This document shows, piece by piece, positions 59,577 through 64,000 of a stretch of 64,000 nt of DNA (positions within the stretch are counted from its first letter, which is position 1; each line of letters begins with the position of its first letter). The translations under genes were made by a program, and so were the position numbers. The stretch lies in the IMG/VR virus record IMGVR_UViG_3300046370_000598, positions 10,958 to 74,957 of that record; one strand, 5' to 3'. The notes beneath the pieces are model-generated. The model saw nothing but the letters and a program-made list of their open reading frames with translations, did not search any database and was not told where the DNA came from. Source of the stretch: a virus.

Positions 59577-61646
59577 GCGGTAGATGATAACGGAAATCTT
59601 ACCCCTATCACTTCTACAAAAAAAAGAGAACAAGAAATTTCAAGTTTGGCATATAGATCTTCTGGAGTAATTCAGAAAAATGACAGTATGGTTGCGGGTG
59701 GAACTTATGGGTTAGTAGTTACAGAATTAGAAACTGGAAGCGATTCAAAACAACAGACTTTTATATTAAAAAATAGAACTTTTTCTTCTACTCCTATTGT
59801 GACGGCGACTCTCGAAGGAGCTTCTGAAGATCCAACTTATGATGTTTCTATATCATTAGTAGAAGAAACTGATGAGGCGGGGGTCTATAAAGCAACATTT
59901 GAATTTTCTGACAATTTGGCAGAAACAAATCAAAATGGGGTTACCGCAGACTACAAACTTAACATTCTTGCAGTTGTTTCGGGTCAAGATTCAGACATGG
60001 ACAATATTCCAGATCACATAGATTTAGATGATGATAATGACGGATACTCAGATGCCTCTGAAATTGCATCAGGAACAGACATTGCAGACCCAACATCCAC
60101 ACCTCCAGACAATGATGGAGACGGAATTCCTGACGCTTTAGATCCTGATGATGATAACGATGGCACATTAGATGTGGATGACGCATTTCCATTTGATGGT
60201 TCTGAAACTTTAGATACAGATGGGGATGGAATTGGAAACAACGCAGATACAGATGATGATGGTGATGGATTTTCTGATCAAATTGAAATATCTAGGAGTA
60301 GTGATCCTCTAGACGATAAAAGTACCCCAGATTATACAGTAGGATCTTTTTATAAAGGAGAACTGACAAATAATACAGAAATAACTGGAGATGACATTCC
60401 TATTGTCTTTTTGGATGATTATCTTAATCAGACTCGAATTAGGAAAACGGCTACTATGGATAGAAGGGTTAAAAATCAAAGAGATGCTTATGGAAGATCA
60501 ATTGGCAATCAGAGAAGATTTACCTATGGCTTGAACGGAAAATTACAATCTGGAACACATTATCAATGGGTTCAATCACCTTACAGAGAAAAATCAACTC
60601 TATATAATTACAGTTACTACTTTACTGCGGCGGACACAACAACAAATGGCGATTTATTGTATAGCCCAAGGGGATGGTCTTATCATTTTGAATCCAGTAA
60701 TAATTTTGGCATAAGCTTGCATAAAGTCACTGAATCCGGAAACGACTTTCCTACAGATAATAATATTCAATGGAGTACTGAGGTTTACGATCCCGATAAC
60801 TATAGAAGCTTACCTTCAGACGTTTATTTCTCAAAAAGGTATGGGCATTCGGTAAGTAATCCATCTTATCCATATTCTGAGGATTTAAAAAGACGGTATA
60901 ATGGTAGCAATAGTCCTAGATTTTATCTGGCTACGCAAAATTTCAGGTTGAAACTTGAGGAATCTGAAACTTTTATTTTTTATCAACCTCAAATGCCAGA
61001 TAAAACAAATTGGGGGTCAGATGCATATGCAAATGCTTGGATGTTTAAAGTTTCAGTGAATCACGGATCTGTGCAATCGATGTTGAATTTCTTGATCAAA
61101 GGAAATCAAAATCATATTGACACATCTAATTGGGGCTCTAATAACGAAAAATCTTATTCGGATATATATGATGATAATTCATCTAGCCCGTTTAAAGTTA
61201 AAATCGAGGCGTTTGACTCAACCGCACATCCTGCAAAACTAGAAAACTCTTGGCTTTTATCTAATGATGGAACATCTTTAGTTTATTATGCAGGTTACTC
61301 TCCAGTTTATCAGATCTTTAGGGATGCATTCGGTAATTCTTTAACTTCTTCAATGTGGGCCAATCGAGTGGGCTCTCATTTTTTACATCTTGCACTAGGA
61401 AGTGAGTCGGGAAATCCTAATCTTAGATTCAATATCGCAAACTTAGCAAATGCTGCATTCAATAAGGAGCAATTGGGTAAAGGACTAAAAATCGGTTACG
61501 GTGGAGGAACATATTGGGCTATGTATAATATTCCCAGTCAAGATCAATATTATTGGGACAAAGATGGCGGAGATGGCCACGGAACACTTACTTTTCCAGA
61601 TGCATGGCAATTCAGTTCAACATTAAATAGTATGATAGCTATTTAA
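59490..61646 (+). CDS. Fibre/adhesin paralog: shared anchor, lectin-like domain, TSP3-like repeats, unique C-domain
   Basis: ELSVNQDKVRLTAENDNL; multiple DxDGDG..D.DDD.DG repeats. Confidence 0.7.
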   Translation: MSKKLSAKELSVNQDKVRLTAENDNLIVNAVDDNGNLTPITSTKKREQEISSLAYRSSGVIQKNDSMVAGGTYGLVVTELETGSDSKQQTFILKNRTFSSTPIVTATLEGASEDPTYDVSISLVEETDEAGVYKATFEFSDNLAETNQNGVTADYKLNILAVVSGQDSDMDNIPDHIDLDDDNDGYSDASEIASGTDIADPTSTPPDNDGDGIPDALDPDDDNDGTLDVDDAFPFDGSETLDTDGDGIGNNADTDDDGDGFSDQIEISRSSDPLDDKSTPDYTVGSFYKGELTNNTEITGDDIPIVFLDDYLNQTRIRKTATMDRRVKNQRDAYGRSIGNQRRFTYGLNGKLQSGTHYQWVQSPYREKSTLYNYSYYFTAADTTTNGDLLYSPRGWSYHFESSNNFGISLHKVTESGNDFPTDNNIQWSTEVYDPDNYRSLPSDVYFSKRYGHSVSNPSYPYSEDLKRRYNGSNSPRFYLATQNFRLKLEESETFIFYQPQMPDKTNWGSDAYANAWMFKVSVNHGSVQSMLNFLIKGNQNHIDTSNWGSNNEKSYSDIYDDNSSSPFKVKIEAFDSTAHPAKLENSWLLSNDGTSLVYYAGYSPVYQIFRDAFGNSLTSSMWANRVGSHFLHLALGSESGNPNLRFNIANLANAAFNKEQLGKGLKIGYGGGTYWAMYNIPSQDQYYWDKDGGDGHGTLTFPDAWQFSSTLNSMIAI

Positions 61647-61670
61647 TCTAAAAAAAAATTCGACAGCTCC

Positions 61671-61694
61671 AAAAGCCGCCCTCGGGCGGCTTTT
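61671..61694 (+). terminator. Rho-independent terminator (possibly bidirectional)
   Basis: AAAAGCCGCC-CTCG-GGCGGCTTTT. Confidence 0.85.
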
Positions 61695-61708
61695 GTGTAA
61701 TATAAAAT

Positions 61709-62224
61709 ATGCGAATATTATGCTTTTTAGTATTTTTATTTATCAATTCAATTTGTTTTGGTTATAGCATAAAAGATTTTCTTTGCGGATGTGATTATTG
61801 TAAAACCGTCAACCCCTCTGAGCCATTAGACGTTGCAACGCATTATGCAAAGTGCGAATCTTTAAGAAAAAATCAAATAATCAAAAAACTAATACAAGCT
61901 AAAAACAAAAAAGATATACTTTCACGAACACAACAAAAACAAAACAAATCAATATCTTTGCACGAACAACTAACGCAAACACAACAAGAAAAGCGCAAAT
62001 TGGAAAAGAAAATAGAAGAAAAAAACAATTTCATTTCTATGCTCCAACAAAGTTCTAGCTTTTTTATCAATGGATGGATATACGAGCCAAATCATTTTAA
62101 TTGGATATATGTCTCAAAAACTTTTGCTCCGTATATTTACTCAGAGGAATTGGGTTGGATTTTCATTAAAAAAGAATATTATTACATATACGATAAATCA
62201 CAATGGAAAAAAATGCCCGAATAG
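61709..62224 (+). CDS. Exported/membrane coiled-coil protein with C-terminal WxY domain
   Basis: N-terminal hydrophobic signal, coiled coil, GWIY...NWIY...PYIYS..LGWIF. Confidence 0.55.
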   Translation: MRILCFLVFLFINSICFGYSIKDFLCGCDYCKTVNPSEPLDVATHYAKCESLRKNQIIKKLIQAKNKKDILSRTQQKQNKSISLHEQLTQTQQEKRKLEKKIEEKNNFISMLQQSSSFFINGWIYEPNHFNWIYVSKTFAPYIYSEELGWIFIKKEYYYIYDKSQWKKMPE

Positions 62225-62242
62225 ATTAGTGTATATATTATT

Positions 62243-64000
62243 ATGAAAAATATTATTTTATTGCTTTTATCACCTTTATTTTTATTCGCCGAAGCTTTAT
62301 ACTTTAATGATGGAAATTTTGTTAGGGGTGAGATAATAGAATCAAACAGCACCCATGTAGTAATTAAGAGAGAAGATGATTTTCAGCTTTTTAGAATACC
62401 TCTTAAATTATTAACGCAAGACAATCAAGCTTATGTAAAAAATAACTTTCCTCCAGGGCATGAAAATTTACCTAAATTTAAAAAACCTTTATCCGAGAAA
62501 GATTTAATCTCAAACTCAAGATATATAGATCAACTAGTCGAAAATAAATTAAGATCTTATAATCAAAGACCCAATAAAGAAATTAGTGATTCTACATTTC
62601 TCAGAAGAGCTTATCTTAAAATAATAGGCAGAACGCCATCGCATCAAGAAGTGAATACGTTTATCGAAAATAGAGACAAGAATAAGAGAACAAAACTTAT
62701 AGACGATTTATTGGCCAGCGAGGGATACAATAGTCATTGGTTTAACTTTTGGGCGGACATACTAAGATTAAAAGATAGGTTAACAAATAGAATATCAGGA
62801 ATTCCATATAAAAATTATGTTAAACAATTTATATCTGAAAATAGACCATATGACGAATGGGTCAGAGAAATGCTTTCTTCTTCTGGACCTGTATGGAAAA
62901 AAGGTAGCGAGGGAGTGGGCTATTTTGCTAGAGATGCAGGCATGCCTCTTGATAATATGGCTAACACAGTTCGAATCTTTCTTGGTACAAGTTTGGAATG
63001 CGCGCAATGCCACGATCATCCATTTGACAGATGGACTCAAAAAGAATTTTATCAAATGGCTGCATTTACTAGTGGCTCTACAAATCTTAGAAGAAAAGGT
63101 GTTGACAATCTCAATGAATTCAATAAACTGGTTAGAGAAGAACAAAAAAGACTTGAACAAAATGGGGAGCCTCAAAAAGTACCTCAAATTAGAAATGCAT
63201 CAAGATCAATTCAAGATATATTGCAGGCAGGCTTAGATCAGCCAGGATCAGGCAAAATTAATTTACCTAAAGATTATCAATATGACAACGCAAAACCAAA
63301 CGAAACTCTTTCGGGAAAAAGTCTTTTTGGTCATGAAATAGAACTAGCTAAAGATACTGGCTCAAGAGAATTATATGCAAATTGGTTGGCGTCACAATCT
63401 AATCCAAGATTTACATCTGTAATTGTAAATAGGTTATGGAAAGAAGTTTTTGGACTTGCTTTAATTGAGCCAATAGATAATATGTTCGACGAAACTATGG
63501 CTACAGATCCAGTGCTGCAATTGCATTTAGAGAAAATTATGATTGCATTAGATTATGATATAAAAGAATTTCTTCGGGTGCTTTATAATACAAAAACTTT
63601 TCAAAGAGAATCGGTTTCTCGAGATATTGTCCCCAAAGATGGAAAAGACACTGTAATGCCTGTAGATGTAAAATGGGTAATCGCTGGGCCAAACGTTGAA
63701 AAACAATCTGTTAACGCAGTTCCATTTTTTTATCAAGGCCCAATTCTAGAAAGATTAAGTGGAGAGCAATTATGGGATTCACTAGTTTCTTTAAATTTTG
63801 ATAACGTAGATTCTAGAAAGCTTCAACCAAATGATTCTGGATATAGAGATTTTGAAAGGTTATCGAATATGTCTGGACAAGAATTATTGGAAGAATTACT
63901 ATCTAAAATAAATAAAACAAAAAAGCCCGAACCTGAGCAAAAATTTGGCGAGCCAATTAATACAGATTGCCCAATCAAGCCTGGCCGAGCTATTGATCCA
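62243..64000 (+). CDS. DUF1549/DUF1553 (PSCyt2/PSD1) planctomycete-type cytochrome c domain protein, 3'-truncated; absent from the ORF track
   Basis: Manual translation: signal peptide MKNIILLLLSPLFLFA, FLRRAYLKIIGRTP, WADILR, FLGTSLECAQCHDHPFDRWTQKEFY, NPRF..VIVNRLWK..FG..LIEPID, RLSGEQLWDSL. Confidence 0.88.
   Translation, partial: MKNIILLLLSPLFLFAEALYFNDGNFVRGEIIESNSTHVVIKREDDFQLFRIPLKLLTQDNQAYVKNNFPPGHENLPKFKKPLSEKDLISNSRYIDQLVENKLRSYNQRPNKEISDSTFLRRAYLKIIGRTPSHQEVNTFIENRDKNKRTKLIDDLLASEGYNSHWFNFWADILRLKDRLTNRISGIPYKNYVKQFISENRPYDEWVREMLSSSGPVWKKGSEGVGYFARDAGMPLDNMANTVRIFLGTSLECAQCHDHPFDRWTQKEFYQMAAFTSGSTNLRRKGVDNLNEFNKLVREEQKRLEQNGEPQKVPQIRNASRSIQDILQAGLDQPGSGKINLPKDYQYDNAKPNETLSGKSLFGHEIELAKDTGSRELYANWLASQSNPRFTSVIVNRLWKEVFGLALIEPIDNMFDETMATDPVLQLHLEKIMIALDYDIKEFLRVLYNTKTFQRESVSRDIVPKDGKDTVMPVDVKWVIAGPNVEKQSVNAVPFFYQGPILERLSGEQLWDSLVSLNFDNVDSRKLQPNDSGYRDFERLSNMSGQELLEELLSKINKTKKPEPEQKFGEPINTDCPIKPGRAIDP

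Noticed and set aside
62795-63736. ORF-track calls 62795-63187, 62817-63236 and 63548-63736
   Set aside because: Overlap the true long frame starting at 62243
1-64000. tRNA/rRNA genes, introns/inteins, alternative genetic code
   Set aside because: No cloverleaf or rRNA-like segments noticed; core genes are of normal length; long ORFs are intact under the standard code with all three stops used

Overview
AT-rich (roughly 30% GC by eye), gene-dense segment of a large tailed dsDNA phage (Caudoviricetes). It holds a portal gene, a replication/recombination block (RecA/UvsX, DnaB, DnaG, Cas4-like exonuclease, SSB, a Rad52/Sak-like annealase, a Whirly-like ssDNA-binding protein) and a phage sigma factor. 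It also holds many fibre/adhesin genes and three glycan-biosynthesis islands, one with gmd/fcl + GT11 + GT6, a blood-group-like kit. Host-type genes (a DUF1549/DUF1553 CxxCH protein, a Gcw_chp/TorF-like porin, an Opitutae-like WxY domain) point to a PVC-superphylum host, probably Verrucomicrobia. Top observation: three adjacent S74-chaperone tail-fibre genes are built as in-frame cassette arrays. Seventeen copies of a 29-bp DNA repeat (11 identical, synonymous codons fixed, forming a bulged hairpin) separate unrelated modules at 159-327 bp periodicity, suggesting a DNA-site-based fibre module shuffling system. A second strong signal is a GTGTAWWWW motif, usually 14-15 nt upstream of ATG in front of 15 genes (candidate leaderless late promoter). 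Family assignments come from motif recognition by eye; no database searches were run.
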